Below are positions 47,007-56,280 of a DNA stretch of 64,000 nt, piece after piece; within the stretch, counting starts at the first letter, position 1; every line of letters begins with the position of its first letter. The notes under the pieces were generated by a model, which had not been told where the DNA came from, did no database searches, and saw only the letters and a program-made list of their open reading frames with translations. The DNA lies in NCBI GenBank assembly GCA_964391975.1, contig CAYMNZ010000001.1, positions 326,978-390,977 of the forward strand. Direction: 5' to 3'. The position numbers and the translations under genes are program-made. This stretch comes from an uncultured Candidatus Saccharibacteria bacterium (GTDB taxonomy: Bacteria > Patescibacteriota > Minisyncoccia > Phycocordibacterales > Phycocordibacteraceae).

Positions 47007-47078
47007 TGACCTCACGGGGAATCGAACCCCGATTTCCAGCGTGAGAGGCTAGCGTCCTAACCGTTAGACGATGAGGCC
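47007..47078 (-). tRNA. tRNA-Glu (anticodon CTC), CCA not encoded
   Basis: Hand-folded: acceptor GGCCTCA/TGAGGTC (one G-U), D-stem GTCT/GGAC, anticodon stem CTAGC/GCTGG with loop CTCTCAC, T-arm CGGGG-TTCGATT-CCCCG, discriminator A; followed by CAA rather than CCA. Confidence 0.8.
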
Positions 47079-47117
47079 AGTCCGCACAAAATACCAAGTA
47101 AGGCCCTATCCGGCAAG

Positions 47118-48404
47118 CTACTTAATAAGGAGCCACTCCTCTTCCTGACGGATGAGGTTCTTGGTGTCCTCCGGGTCTGCGAGAAGCTTCGTGACAATGC
47201 GCTCGGTCCGAATGCCTTGGGATCCCTTAATGAGCACCAGGTCGCCCTCTTCCACCATACCCATAAGCGCGTCAGCGGCTTCACGCGCTCCATCGTATTC
47301 GAAGACTGAGGTCTCCGGGAGCCCAACCTCACGCGCAGCCTTAGCCACTGCCTTGGCGCGAATACCCACCGTAACCAAGAGGTCAGTAGACTTCCCTGCT
47401 ACTCCACCCACACGCTCATGCTCTTCAACCGAATAGCGTCCGAGCTCAAGCATGTCGCCGAGCACTGCTATCTTTCGATTCCCTTTCATCAACGAAAGCG
47501 CTGACAGGCTCTCAAGCATCGCTGCAGGAGAGGCATTATAGGAATCATCAATGAGAGTCGAACCGTTCACACCTCTAAGAAGGCGCGCACGACCTGGAGG
47601 TGGCACATAGGAAGCGAGATTCTCAAGTGCGCGCTGGGCGGGGATGCCAAGCGAGAGTGCGAGCGCAAAGGCTGCTGCAGGAGCATACAGTTGCGGGCGC
47701 CCGAGGGCGCCCGCAACAACAATAGGATAGGTGGCTCCAGCGACGGTCATAGTGGCTTCCATACCCGCTGACTTTCCGTCGGTGAGAAATGGCTTCTCCT
47801 CCGTCAGGCGAACATCGGACCCCTGTGTAAACCCGAAGGTCTTCACTTTAACCTGAAGCTTTGCTGCCATCTCCTCGGCATGTCCGTCGTCATGCGAAAG
47901 AACAAGCGGGGCATCGGCAGGAAGCGCGTAGGCTGGAGCGAACTCTTCCTCATGGACTGCGCGCGGCGAAGCATACGCTTCCACATGCACCGGAATACTT
48001 GGAAGATGCGTCACGACTACTGCGTTCGGAGTTGCTATACGCAAAATCCGGGCAAGATCACCCGGACGGTCAGCACCTACTTCAAGCACCAGCATGTTTG
48101 GATAGTGGTTTGGGAAGAGGACCAGTGCGAGCGCCTCTTCAAACACACGAACCCAAGCTAGAGGGCTCGACCATGGGTTCTTCACTCCAAAGATGGTGAA
48201 CGGCACTCCAAACTCGCTGTTATAACTCTTCTCGCTCGCCCGAAGGAAAAACTCAGGACCCAGCACGGTCGCAACCGCATCTTTGGTGGAGGTCTTCCCC
48301 ACGCTTCCTGTCACCATCACAATCTTGGGCTTGTACTTACGTATAACCGCACGCGCAAGAAGGGCGAGGATACTGGCGACGAGATGTTTGAATAAAGATT
48401 TCAT
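47118..48404 (-). CDS. murF: UDP-N-acetylmuramoyl-tripeptide--D-alanyl-D-alanine ligase
   Basis: Mur-ligase P-loop (VTGSVGKTSTKD); 428 aa; follows ftsI in the dcw cluster. Confidence 0.85.
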   Translation of the reverse strand: MKSLFKHLVASILALLARAVIRKYKPKIVMVTGSVGKTSTKDAVATVLGPEFFLRASEKSYNSEFGVPFTIFGVKNPWSSPLAWVRVFEEALALVLFPNHYPNMLVLEVGADRPGDLARILRIATPNAVVVTHLPSIPVHVEAYASPRAVHEEEFAPAYALPADAPLVLSHDDGHAEEMAAKLQVKVKTFGFTQGSDVRLTEEKPFLTDGKSAGMEATMTVAGATYPIVVAGALGRPQLYAPAAAFALALSLGIPAQRALENLASYVPPPGRARLLRGVNGSTLIDDSYNASPAAMLESLSALSLMKGNRKIAVLGDMLELGRYSVEEHERVGGVAGKSTDLLVTVGIRAKAVAKAAREVGLPETSVFEYDGAREAADALMGMVEEGDLVLIKGSQGIRTERIVTKLLADPEDTKNLIRQEEEWLLIK

Positions 48405-48406
48405 GG

Positions 48407-50143
48407 CTACTCTTCGCTTGGAGCGTATTCTACCCTGTCTGGCGGTATGGCGTAGTACCCAATCAAAAACTGCGTCAGCTCCATAAATGGGTGCGTAAGC
48501 GTCTCTGAGGCGTACTGCACGCCCCTGGGTTCACGAGTATAGAGAAGGATGATGAACTTCGGGTCGTACGCTGGGAAGTACCCGAAGAAAGAGTGGAAGT
48601 ACCGGTCGTCGTAATACTTGCCTCCAGGGCCCGCAATCTGGGCTGTTCCCGTTTTCGCCGCAACACTCATTTCAGGAATAGAGACCGTGCCGCCTGCAAG
48701 TGACTTATCGACCACATTCACGAGCATGTGAGTGACCTGCTCGACTGCTTTTGGTTTAAACACCTGTTCCGAATTCCCCCACGACAGCTCTTTCACGATG
48801 CCGGACTCAAGTTTAATGGCGCGCACCACATGCGGTGTCACCACCTTCCCATCATTGGCGAGGGCACCAAGTGCCTTCACCATCTCAACGGGCGTCTGCG
48901 CTATTCCCTGCCCGAAGGAGGCAGTGGCGTACTCAATATCACGAGGACTCTCAAGAATGTTGTCGATGGTTCCGGTAATCTCGCTCGGTAGGTCAATACC
49001 GGTCTCAGCGCCCATACCGAGCTCGGTGAAGTAGTTGCGCATACGCTCATGCCCCAAACGTCCTGCAACGTAGGAAGCGCCGGTGTTGAGTGACTGCGAA
49101 AGCACCTCCTGCATAGGCACTACCCCACGCGCCTTCCCGTCGTAGTTAGAAATCGTCTTGTTGTTGAGCGTAATTCTACCTAGGTCGTTGTAGGTAGTGT
49201 CGGGGGTAACTACGCCTGCATCCAATCCAGCAGTCATAGTAATTGCTTTCACAATCGAACCGAACTCATAGCGTTTCTCGACCATCGGATTTCCGAAGTG
49301 CTCTGAGTCCTGCTCAGCAAACATGTTGGGGTCAAACGAGGGCACCGTCTCAAGTGCAATAATCTCTCCCGTTTTCGGATCCATAATGATGCCGCCGGTC
49401 TCAGCGCTTGAATACTTGCTTTGAATCTCCATCAACACCTGATCGAGCTTATCGAGTACCACCGGTTCAATTGAGGTGATGAGATCACCCTCTCGTGCTT
49501 CAGAGGCATCCCCTACCGCGCTATCAAGATTGGCGAACAATTCTGCAAAGAAGTTACCGAAGAGTCCTTTATTCTTTCGTGTCAGCACGTCCTCGTAGTA
49601 GCGCTCAAGGCCAAAGCGACCGGCCAAGTCATTGTCGTTGTCGTAGGCAACAAAACCGATGGTCTGCGCTCCGCGCTCCTCAGCCGGATAGATTCTCCAA
49701 CGTTCTCGTTCAACAATCACGCCTGGAAGATCAAGCGCAGATATCGCACGCCCTGCATCCTCCGGCACTCGCCGCGCGAGCACCTCGTATGGGTCATCCG
49801 TTTTTGCGACGGCGGCGTCATAGGTTTCTCGCTCTAAGGGATAGAGTGCCGCCAGTGCGTCGTACACCTCCTCAGCTTTTTGCAGTTTTGAAGGATCAAT
49901 AGCTACGAGAAATCCCGTTGCGAGCGCTGCCCCTGAAAGGGCTGTTCCATCCTTACGGGTGTAGTAGATACTGCCGCGGTCGTAGAGGATGTGGCTTGCA
50001 CTTACGTACTGACGCTCAGCACGCAACGAATACTCGTCTCCGTTAACTATCTGTACGAAATAGAGCCTCGCTACGAGAACGACAACAATGAGGATGAGGA
50101 ATCCCGCAAGCACTCGTAGACGAAGCCGGAGTGCGGCCCGCAT
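48407..50143 (-). CDS. ftsI: Peptidoglycan D,D-transpeptidase FtsI (class B PBP)
   Basis: N-terminal TM, dimerisation domain, transpeptidase SxxK/SxN/KTG (SIVKAIT, SQSLNTG, KTGTAQ); dcw context. Confidence 0.85.
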   Translation of the reverse strand: MRAALRLRLRVLAGFLILIVVVLVARLYFVQIVNGDEYSLRAERQYVSASHILYDRGSIYYTRKDGTALSGAALATGFLVAIDPSKLQKAEEVYDALAALYPLERETYDAAVAKTDDPYEVLARRVPEDAGRAISALDLPGVIVERERWRIYPAEERGAQTIGFVAYDNDNDLAGRFGLERYYEDVLTRKNKGLFGNFFAELFANLDSAVGDASEAREGDLITSIEPVVLDKLDQVLMEIQSKYSSAETGGIIMDPKTGEIIALETVPSFDPNMFAEQDSEHFGNPMVEKRYEFGSIVKAITMTAGLDAGVVTPDTTYNDLGRITLNNKTISNYDGKARGVVPMQEVLSQSLNTGASYVAGRLGHERMRNYFTELGMGAETGIDLPSEITGTIDNILESPRDIEYATASFGQGIAQTPVEMVKALGALANDGKVVTPHVVRAIKLESGIVKELSWGNSEQVFKPKAVEQVTHMLVNVVDKSLAGGTVSIPEMSVAAKTGTAQIAGPGGKYYDDRYFHSFFGYFPAYDPKFIILLYTREPRGVQYASETLTHPFMELTQFLIGYYAIPPDRVEYAPSEE

Positions 50144-50146
50144 ACG

Positions 50147-50428
50147 CTACTGGGCACGAGACAGCACTGCGACGCCAGCGGAAGTGACGTAGCCCACCGA
50201 GCGAGGGGTAACGTACCCTACTGAAGAGGGGTCAATATCGGAATACGTCTGCACCGCGTCGTAGTACTGCCCTTCAAGCGTGATGACTGTTCCTTCGGTC
50301 TCCTGAATCTCGCGTGCAAGCCCCGTCTGCCAGGTTGCAAAGAAGACAGTGGCAGCAACGCCAAGAAGATAGAGGGCGATGGTCGCCACACAGCAGCCCC
50401 CGAGAATTGGAATAGCGCGACTATACAT
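50147..50428 (-). CDS. ftsL: Cell division protein FtsL-like (small bitopic membrane protein)
   Basis: Single TM helix plus short periplasmic region, positioned between rsmH and ftsI as in dcw clusters. ATG at 50428 preferred over the TTG start at 50452. Confidence 0.5.
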   Translation of the reverse strand: MYSRAIPILGGCCVATIALYLLGVAATVFFATWQTGLAREIQETEGTVITLEGQYYDAVQTYSDIDPSSVGYVTPRSVGYVTSAGVAVLSRAQ

Positions 50429-51377
50429 AGGTTTGGATGGTCCCCCGCTCAAAGAGGCGTAGCTTAGCGCTGCGGGAGCGTGGGTTTGCGTTCACCTCAG
50501 CAAGGCTTGGAGTGAACGGTTTCTTGTTGATGAGGGTCCCTTGCCCAGCGTGTACAGCATCACGGAACACTTGTTTGACGATGCGGTCCTCAATACTGTG
50601 GAAGGTGATAACGGCAATGCGTCCTCCCTCGCGCGTTCGCTCGATTGCTGCTGCAAGTCCATCGCGTAGTGCGCCGAACTCATCGTTGACCGCAATGCGA
50701 AGTGCCTGGAAGGTCTTTGTAGCGGGGTGCAAGCGACGTGCCTGGTACCAACGAGGAGTGGTGGAAAGTACGATGTTCACGAGGTCCTCAGTGGTGACGA
50801 TTGGCGACACCTCACGTGCTTCGACAATACCCTTGGCGATTTGACGCGCGAAGCGTTCTTCGCCAAGCGAGTACAGCATGTCAGCGATGGCTTCCTCAGA
50901 TGCGGTGTTCAAAAGATCAGCGGCAGTCTTCCCTTTCTCTGGAGTGCCGTAGGTCATGTGGAGTGGTTCGTTCACGCGGAACGAGAACCCGCGTCCGCTG
51001 GTGAGATGGAAACCACTCCACCCAAGATCGAAGAGAGACTTATCAATTGCAGAAATATGTAGGTCATCGAGTATTCGGTTAAGGTTGCGGAAGTTATCTT
51101 CAACGAGGTGCACCTTCGCACGTGCGCCCCCGCTCGCCTGCTGTGCGCGCTCAATGGCGCCATCATCAGCATCAATACCAATCAACGTCCCTGAGACATC
51201 GAGCTTCGAAAGTAGTTCACGGAAGTGCCCTGCCCCACCGATGGTTGCATCAACTACCGTATCGGATGAGCTGATGGCGAGCCCATCGACCGCCTCCCGA
51301 AGAAGCACGGTCTCGTGCCCGACGTCTGCGTTCGGTTTTCGTGTAGAGGCTCTCATGGAAGGAAGGGTCGTGATCAT
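50421..51377 (-). CDS. rsmH: 16S rRNA (cytosine1402-N4)-methyltransferase RsmH (MraW)
   Basis: HETVLLREAVDGL N-terminus, SAM-binding motifs; 318 aa; follows mraZ. Confidence 0.9.
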   Translation of the reverse strand: MITTLPSMRASTRKPNADVGHETVLLREAVDGLAISSSDTVVDATIGGAGHFRELLSKLDVSGTLIGIDADDGAIERAQQASGGARAKVHLVEDNFRNLNRILDDLHISAIDKSLFDLGWSGFHLTSGRGFSFRVNEPLHMTYGTPEKGKTAADLLNTASEEAIADMLYSLGEERFARQIAKGIVEAREVSPIVTTEDLVNIVLSTTPRWYQARRLHPATKTFQALRIAVNDEFGALRDGLAAAIERTREGGRIAVITFHSIEDRIVKQVFRDAVHAGQGTLINKKPFTPSLAEVNANPRSRSAKLRLFERGTIQTYV

Positions 51378-51382
51378 AAGAC

Positions 51383-51814
51383 TTACAGCGAAGCGTCTCC
51401 AAGTTTTTCAGCATAGGCATCGGCATCCCGCTCAATAGAGGCGGTGTACTTCTTCCAGGCCTTCTCGTCCCAGATTTCAACGCGGTCGTTCACTCCCGCG
51501 ATGACGCTCTTTTCCGAGAGAGCCGCGAAAGACTTTAGGTAATCGGGTACTAATATGCGGCCAGCGGTGTCGACGTCCGCTTCGCTCGCACCCGCGAGCA
51601 TAAGGCGCGCGAGCCCTCGCCCGGCGCTACCGCCGGTCGAGTGTCGCGCAATCTTTCCCGCCTCTCCTTTCCACGTGTTCTTTGGGTACACAAACAAACA
51701 GTGGTCGAGACCACGCGTGACAATAACGGAGCTGCCGAGTTCTTTACGAAATTTCGCCGGGAGAGAGATTCGGTTCTTGGTGTCGAACGTGTGGCGATAT
51801 TCTCCGATGAACAT
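51383..51814 (-). CDS. mraZ: Transcriptional regulator MraZ
   Basis: MFIGEYRHTFDTKNRISLPAKFRKEL (DxxxR motif, duplicated MraZ fold); 143 aa. Confidence 0.9.
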   Translation of the reverse strand: MFIGEYRHTFDTKNRISLPAKFRKELGSSVIVTRGLDHCLFVYPKNTWKGEAGKIARHSTGGSAGRGLARLMLAGASEADVDTAGRILVPDYLKSFAALSEKSVIAGVNDRVEIWDEKAWKKYTASIERDADAYAEKLGDASL

Positions 51815-51860
51815 AGTAGGTATTTGGAGGAGTGGTGGAATTCAGGCAGCTTTCATGAAT

Positions 51861-51906
51861 CCCACTTCATCCCACTAGTAGGTAAGTATATGACACTTCA
51901 TCCCAC
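51861..51906 (-). promoter_or_regulatory. Putative MraZ operator: GTGGG-N5-GTGGG direct repeats upstream of mraZ
   Basis: Minus strand reads GTGGGatgaaGTGtc-(16 nt)-GTGGGatgaaGTGGG, ending 46 nt upstream of the mraZ ATG; this matches the GTGGG repeats with 5-nt spacers bound by E. coli MraZ. Confidence 0.5.
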
Positions 51907-51928
51907 TTCCCTTTAGGTTATCCACACG

Positions 51929-51951
51929 AAAAAGCCGGTCAAAAGACCGAC
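51929..51951 (-). terminator. Rho-independent terminator after the LysRS gene
   Basis: Minus strand: gtcggtc-tttt-gaccggc followed by ttttt. Confidence 0.55.
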
Positions 51952-51969
51952 TTTATGAAGAAAGGGAGT

Positions 51970-53541
51970 TTAAGAAACTGCCTCTGTGAGCCTCTGTACG
52001 ACCATCTCCCGCGGCAGCACCGATAGGAACCAACCTGCCTTAGGACCGGAAGTACGCCCCAGGAAGAGCGTATAGAGGGCGCTGAAGAGCTCTTTAGGAG
52101 CTATGGGCACCTCGGTCTTCATCTCATGGAGCTTGAGATGGAGTTCCTCTCCTGTTCGAGCTTCTGAAAGGAAGTCTTTGAGAACAGTGAGTGCCTTCTT
52201 CTGAGCGTCGGTAGGGCTGAATCCTTCAGGGACCTTTTGCTGGAGTTCGTACTTATATTCCTCAGGTGCGTAGGTGGTGAGCCAAAAACGCGCGTACGCT
52301 GCCCGTTCCTCAAGCAACGTCTTCTCGTCCTCAGTGAGCGCACTTCCCTTTACACCTGCTGCTTCATCAGTAAGTGAGAGATGCGGCATCTGCACGATGA
52401 ATGCAACTTGCGCAAAGCGAAGCTGCCACGTTGCTTTCGTTTCTGCACGATTCTTTGGAAGCTCACAGAACGCGAAGAGTCGCGTAAAGTCGTCAGCGAC
52501 CCCTTCGCGCACTTTCTCCGCAAGCTCGTCGTACCAATCAAAGATACGCGGCACCGCATCCCCTGAGGGATCAACATCTATTTGTTGATTAGGTTCTTTA
52601 CCAAGAAGCGTCAGACGAAACTCCTCTGACGGGAAAAGGTTGGACATCTCCTTTGCAGAAGAACCACGACCTTTGGAAGAAGACATCTTCTTTCCGCCAA
52701 CGAGAAAGAACTCGTACGGGATGTCGTATGGCTCTTCGAACCCAAATACTTCCTTGGCGATGTGTGCGGAGACATCGCGCGAGCCTCCCTTAGTCGAGTG
52801 ATCCTTACCAGCGCCTTCGATATCAACACCCATCACTACCCACTTAGCGGCCCAGTCTGCTTTCCAGAAAAGCTTCACCGCTCCCTTAACAGGTGCGACG
52901 CGTCCAGTGTGCCCACACGGAACAGTTTCGTCCGGGGAGCGATCACAGGTGTAGCCGACTGTTTCTCCGTCGTAATCGTGTGCACGCGTCGTCATCATCT
53001 TTCCGCAGTTCTCACACACTACCGATACCGGAAGCCACGATTCATCTTTCACCGAACCAGATACTTCCTTGAGGATGCGACGAACGTCAGACGCTCGCTC
53101 GAGCGCCGTCTTGATGAGCGCATCCATCTTCCCTGCTGCGTACAAATCCTTATACGTGCGGTAATACTCAGGATGAAATCCTGCTTTTGCGTGCACTTCT
53201 GCAAACTCTGCGCCGTAGTATTCTGCAAAGTTTTCAAAACCAGGTTCAGGAGATGGAACCGCATACAGTGGCTTGCCCAAGTGTTCTTTAAACTTCTCTT
53301 GGTCGAGATAGCCCGGGACAGTATCAAAGGGGTCGAAATCGTTATACTCAAACAAGAAGCGATTTGGAAGCCCGAGTTCATCGAGCGCTTCCTTCACCGT
53401 GCCGTGTATGGCGACCCCGCGCATGGCCCCGATGTGTACCCGACCCGAGAGCGTCTTCTCATCTCGTATGATAAACGTTGTGCCGTCACGCGGCGTTCGC
53501 GTCTCCTGTATCTCTTTGCCTATGCGGTCGGCCCAGAACAT
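51970..53541 (-). CDS. lysK: Lysine--tRNA ligase, class I (LysK-type)
   Basis: SGRVHIGAMRGV (class I LysRS SG..HIGN.RE pattern), KMSSSKG (KMSKS variant typical of LysRS-I), internal Cys cluster (CENCGK...CDRS...CGH); about 524 aa from the ATG at 53541. Confidence 0.6.
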   Translation of the reverse strand: MFWADRIGKEIQETRTPRDGTTFIIRDEKTLSGRVHIGAMRGVAIHGTVKEALDELGLPNRFLFEYNDFDPFDTVPGYLDQEKFKEHLGKPLYAVPSPEPGFENFAEYYGAEFAEVHAKAGFHPEYYRTYKDLYAAGKMDALIKTALERASDVRRILKEVSGSVKDESWLPVSVVCENCGKMMTTRAHDYDGETVGYTCDRSPDETVPCGHTGRVAPVKGAVKLFWKADWAAKWVVMGVDIEGAGKDHSTKGGSRDVSAHIAKEVFGFEEPYDIPYEFFLVGGKKMSSSKGRGSSAKEMSNLFPSEEFRLTLLGKEPNQQIDVDPSGDAVPRIFDWYDELAEKVREGVADDFTRLFAFCELPKNRAETKATWQLRFAQVAFIVQMPHLSLTDEAAGVKGSALTEDEKTLLEERAAYARFWLTTYAPEEYKYELQQKVPEGFSPTDAQKKALTVLKDFLSEARTGEELHLKLHEMKTEVPIAPKELFSALYTLFLGRTSGPKAGWFLSVLPREMVVQRLTEAVS

Positions 53542-53545
53542 TGGG

Positions 53546-53845
53546 CTATCGTAGCACGCGGCGCGCGAACGAATAGAGCTTCTTCTCTTTCCCAGTCCTT
53601 CGATCGACGCTCTCCACAATCTGGAGGCCCAGGTCCTCGACCACTTCATCGATACGCCTCATGACGCTTTGTACATCCGCATCTTCTTCGTATTCCGTTG
53701 GATTGTTATTCGCATCGCGCAATGCATCAATAAATTCGGTCACTTCCTCCTCGTAGGGCTCATAGCTACGATCCCAGATATGCTTCCATTCTTCTTGTTT
53801 GAGAAACACTAACTTTGGACGTTCTTTGTACGCATCAAGCGTCAT
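53546..53845 (-). CDS. Small acidic hypothetical protein (99 aa)
   Basis: ORF 4 nt upstream of the revised lysK start; no motif. Confidence 0.3.
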   Translation of the reverse strand: MTLDAYKERPKLVFLKQEEWKHIWDRSYEPYEEEVTEFIDALRDANNNPTEYEEDADVQSVMRRIDEVVEDLGLQIVESVDRRTGKEKKLYSFARRVLR

Positions 53846-53850
53846 GGAAT

Positions 53851-54321
53851 TTAAGCCACCTTTTGAACGGTGTAGGTCTGCTTGCCGTTGGGGGTCTCGA
53901 AGGTGAAGACATCACCCTTCTTCTTGCCCATGAGCGCTGCCCCGAGCGGGGAGACGTGAGAGAGCTTGCGGATGCGCATATCTGCCTCCTCGCTACCGAC
54001 GATGGTGTATTCGTGCGCCTCCTTGCTTCCCTCCTTCTGGATGGTGACGACGGAGCCGAAGCCCACGACATCTTTCTTCTTGCCGTCGGTCACAATCTGC
54101 GCCCGCTTCACGAGGTCCTCGAGCCTGCGAATGCGCTCTTCCGTTGCAGCCTGCAGTTCGCGTGCTTCCTGATACTCTGCGTTCTCGGAAAGATCACCGA
54201 GGGAACGAGCGTACTCAAGGTTCTTAGCAATCTCCGTGCGACGCACCGTTTTAAGGTTCTCGAGCTCTGCTACCATTTCATCAAACTTCTCCTGACTCAC
54301 GACGGCCTGTTGATCAGTCAT
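53851..54321 (-). CDS. greA: Transcription elongation factor GreA
   Basis: N-terminal coiled-coil with acidic tip (LSENAEY), C-terminal FKBP-like domain; start at MTDQQAVV (54321). Confidence 0.85.
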   Translation of the reverse strand: MTDQQAVVSQEKFDEMVAELENLKTVRRTEIAKNLEYARSLGDLSENAEYQEARELQAATEERIRRLEDLVKRAQIVTDGKKKDVVGFGSVVTIQKEGSKEAHEYTIVGSEEADMRIRKLSHVSPLGAALMGKKKGDVFTFETPNGKQTYTVQKVA

Positions 54322-54367
54322 ATATATTGTGTCGCCGTATTGTACGGGAAGGCAGGATGCCGTCAAA

Positions 54368-56035
54368 TCAGTCGAAATACTCTGGCGCCACTTCTTTCAT
54401 CTTAGAGAGCGTCTGGTACATCACGTAGATACCGCCGACTGCGGTTCCTGCAGGCGCGCGCTCCATGACCACTGCGTAGGCATACTTTGGTTTGTCGTAC
54501 GGAAAGAACCCAACCGCCCATGAGTTGTACCACTCGTTATTGACGCCAAGCTGCGCGGTGCCCGTCTTCCCCGCTGCTTGCACGTACGGCAGCGCGTTAA
54601 GTCCGACTGATGTTCCTTCAGTCACTCCCATACGCATACCCTCACGCGCAATCTGCAGTCCCTCCTGTGAGACGTTGATGGTCTCGCCAGTTGGGGCTTG
54701 CCCAGTGAGTACCGTAGCCTTCACTAATTTGCCGCCGTTCGCAATCGCCGCAATTGAGCGCACCGCTTCAAGGGGCGTAATCTGCATGGCGTACTGGCCA
54801 ATGGCAGTATGGTAGGTATTGCCCACTCTCCAAGGCTCACCATAGGTCTCTTCCTTCCATGCAGGTGTCGGGATGAATCCCTCAGACTCTCCTTCAAGCT
54901 CAATACCAGTGGTGCTGGTGTAGCCAAACGCTTTGTACCAGTAATCAAGACGATTGATGCCGAGTCCTTTCTGGTCCCCAAACCCTCCGCCCACAGTGTA
55001 GAAATAGACGTCAGAGGAATACGCAACAGCGCTTCGCATATTCATAGGACCAAGCGCCTTCCAGTCTTTAAAGATAGAAGGGTTCGATGCATCGTAGGGG
55101 TTCGGAAGCGAAATAGAACCAGTCGAAACAATAATCTTCTCCGGCGAGATGATGCCGTCGTTGAAAACCCCCGCGGCAATCACCGGCTTCACAATCGAAC
55201 CAGGCGTGTAGAGGCCGTTGACTGGGCGATCAAGATACGGCTCACGAGGGTCTGCGCTGTAACCGGCAATCACTGACGAGGGTTGTCCTTTCGAAAGAAT
55301 GTTTGGGTCGTATTCAGGATACGAGGTGAGCGCAATAATCTCTCCCGTCTCAACATCCATCACAACGCCTGCACCACCCTTGTACGGAATCCGGTCAGCA
55401 AGCTCTTTGATGGCGTCGTACATTGCCGACTGCACGCGAGAATCTATAGAGAGCGTTAGCGGCGTACCATCAACGGGCGCTTTCACGCTTCCCTGCGACT
55501 GCAGTTCCCCGAGCGCGTCTTCTTCAATCAAGAACAGGCCGTTCTCTCCTGACAGCGTCTCATCAAAAGCAGACTCAACACCTGCCAAGCCCTTGATGTC
55601 CGTCTCGTAGTAATTGCCAGAGGAATCTTTCTTCGGGTACGACACGTAGCCCAAAAGGTGCGCGAAGCCGGGTGCCATGTAGGAGCGCTCAACGAACCCG
55701 GCTTCTGATGGTTTGTTCTCCACCAAGACCACGCCATTACGGTCGAGAATCGCTCCGCGCTTAGCAAAGAGCACTTCCGGGCGCAGACGATTGTTCTCGC
55801 TTTGGGTAGCAAACTTCTCTCCCTGCACAATCTCGAGACTTCCTGCCTGTACAGCAAACGCAACGAGTATAAGAGCAATGACCGCCGTGATGCCCACAAA
55901 CGTACGTTCACTTATAGGTTTCTCAAGTCTCCCTTCAAGGCGCGTGGTATCGAAGGACGGCAGGTTTGAAGAATCGAGAAAAATCTCGTCTGGAGCCAGC
56001 TCCTTATCCCTATGCCGCTTTCTCCTCCCTATCAT
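54368..56035 (-). CDS. mrdA: Peptidoglycan D,D-transpeptidase MrdA (PBP2, class B)
   Basis: TM anchor, SxxK (SIVKPV), SxD/N and KTGTAQ motifs; located immediately downstream of mreBCD. Confidence 0.8.
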   Translation of the reverse strand: MIGRRKRHRDKELAPDEIFLDSSNLPSFDTTRLEGRLEKPISERTFVGITAVIALILVAFAVQAGSLEIVQGEKFATQSENNRLRPEVLFAKRGAILDRNGVVLVENKPSEAGFVERSYMAPGFAHLLGYVSYPKKDSSGNYYETDIKGLAGVESAFDETLSGENGLFLIEEDALGELQSQGSVKAPVDGTPLTLSIDSRVQSAMYDAIKELADRIPYKGGAGVVMDVETGEIIALTSYPEYDPNILSKGQPSSVIAGYSADPREPYLDRPVNGLYTPGSIVKPVIAAGVFNDGIISPEKIIVSTGSISLPNPYDASNPSIFKDWKALGPMNMRSAVAYSSDVYFYTVGGGFGDQKGLGINRLDYWYKAFGYTSTTGIELEGESEGFIPTPAWKEETYGEPWRVGNTYHTAIGQYAMQITPLEAVRSIAAIANGGKLVKATVLTGQAPTGETINVSQEGLQIAREGMRMGVTEGTSVGLNALPYVQAAGKTGTAQLGVNNEWYNSWAVGFFPYDKPKYAYAVVMERAPAGTAVGGIYVMYQTLSKMKEVAPEYFD

Positions 56036-56280
56036 CCTCCTATGATACGCGTTTCCACGAACCTACGCACGAGAAGCGCGATGAGGGTGCCAAGCACCCC
56101 GAGCGCAATCCCCATCGGAAACTGCCCAGCAGAGAGATACAGCAGGTCATGAAGGAGTCCTACTGAAAGTGCGGCAAGCGGAATGAAGAATGCAGCGACT
56201 GCTGCAAACAGGATGGAAACGGGTGCTGGGAACAAAAAAGGTGCGATAAGCGCGAGAATGAGAGTAAGCGCGCGAATCAT
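56032..56280 (-). CDS. mreD: Rod shape-determining protein MreD (small polytopic membrane protein)
   Basis: 82 aa, 3 TM helices; ATGA overlaps with mreC upstream and mrdA downstream. Confidence 0.5.
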   Translation of the reverse strand: MIRALTLILALIAPFLFPAPVSILFAAVAAFFIPLAALSVGLLHDLLYLSAGQFPMGIALGVLGTLIALLVRRFVETRIIGG

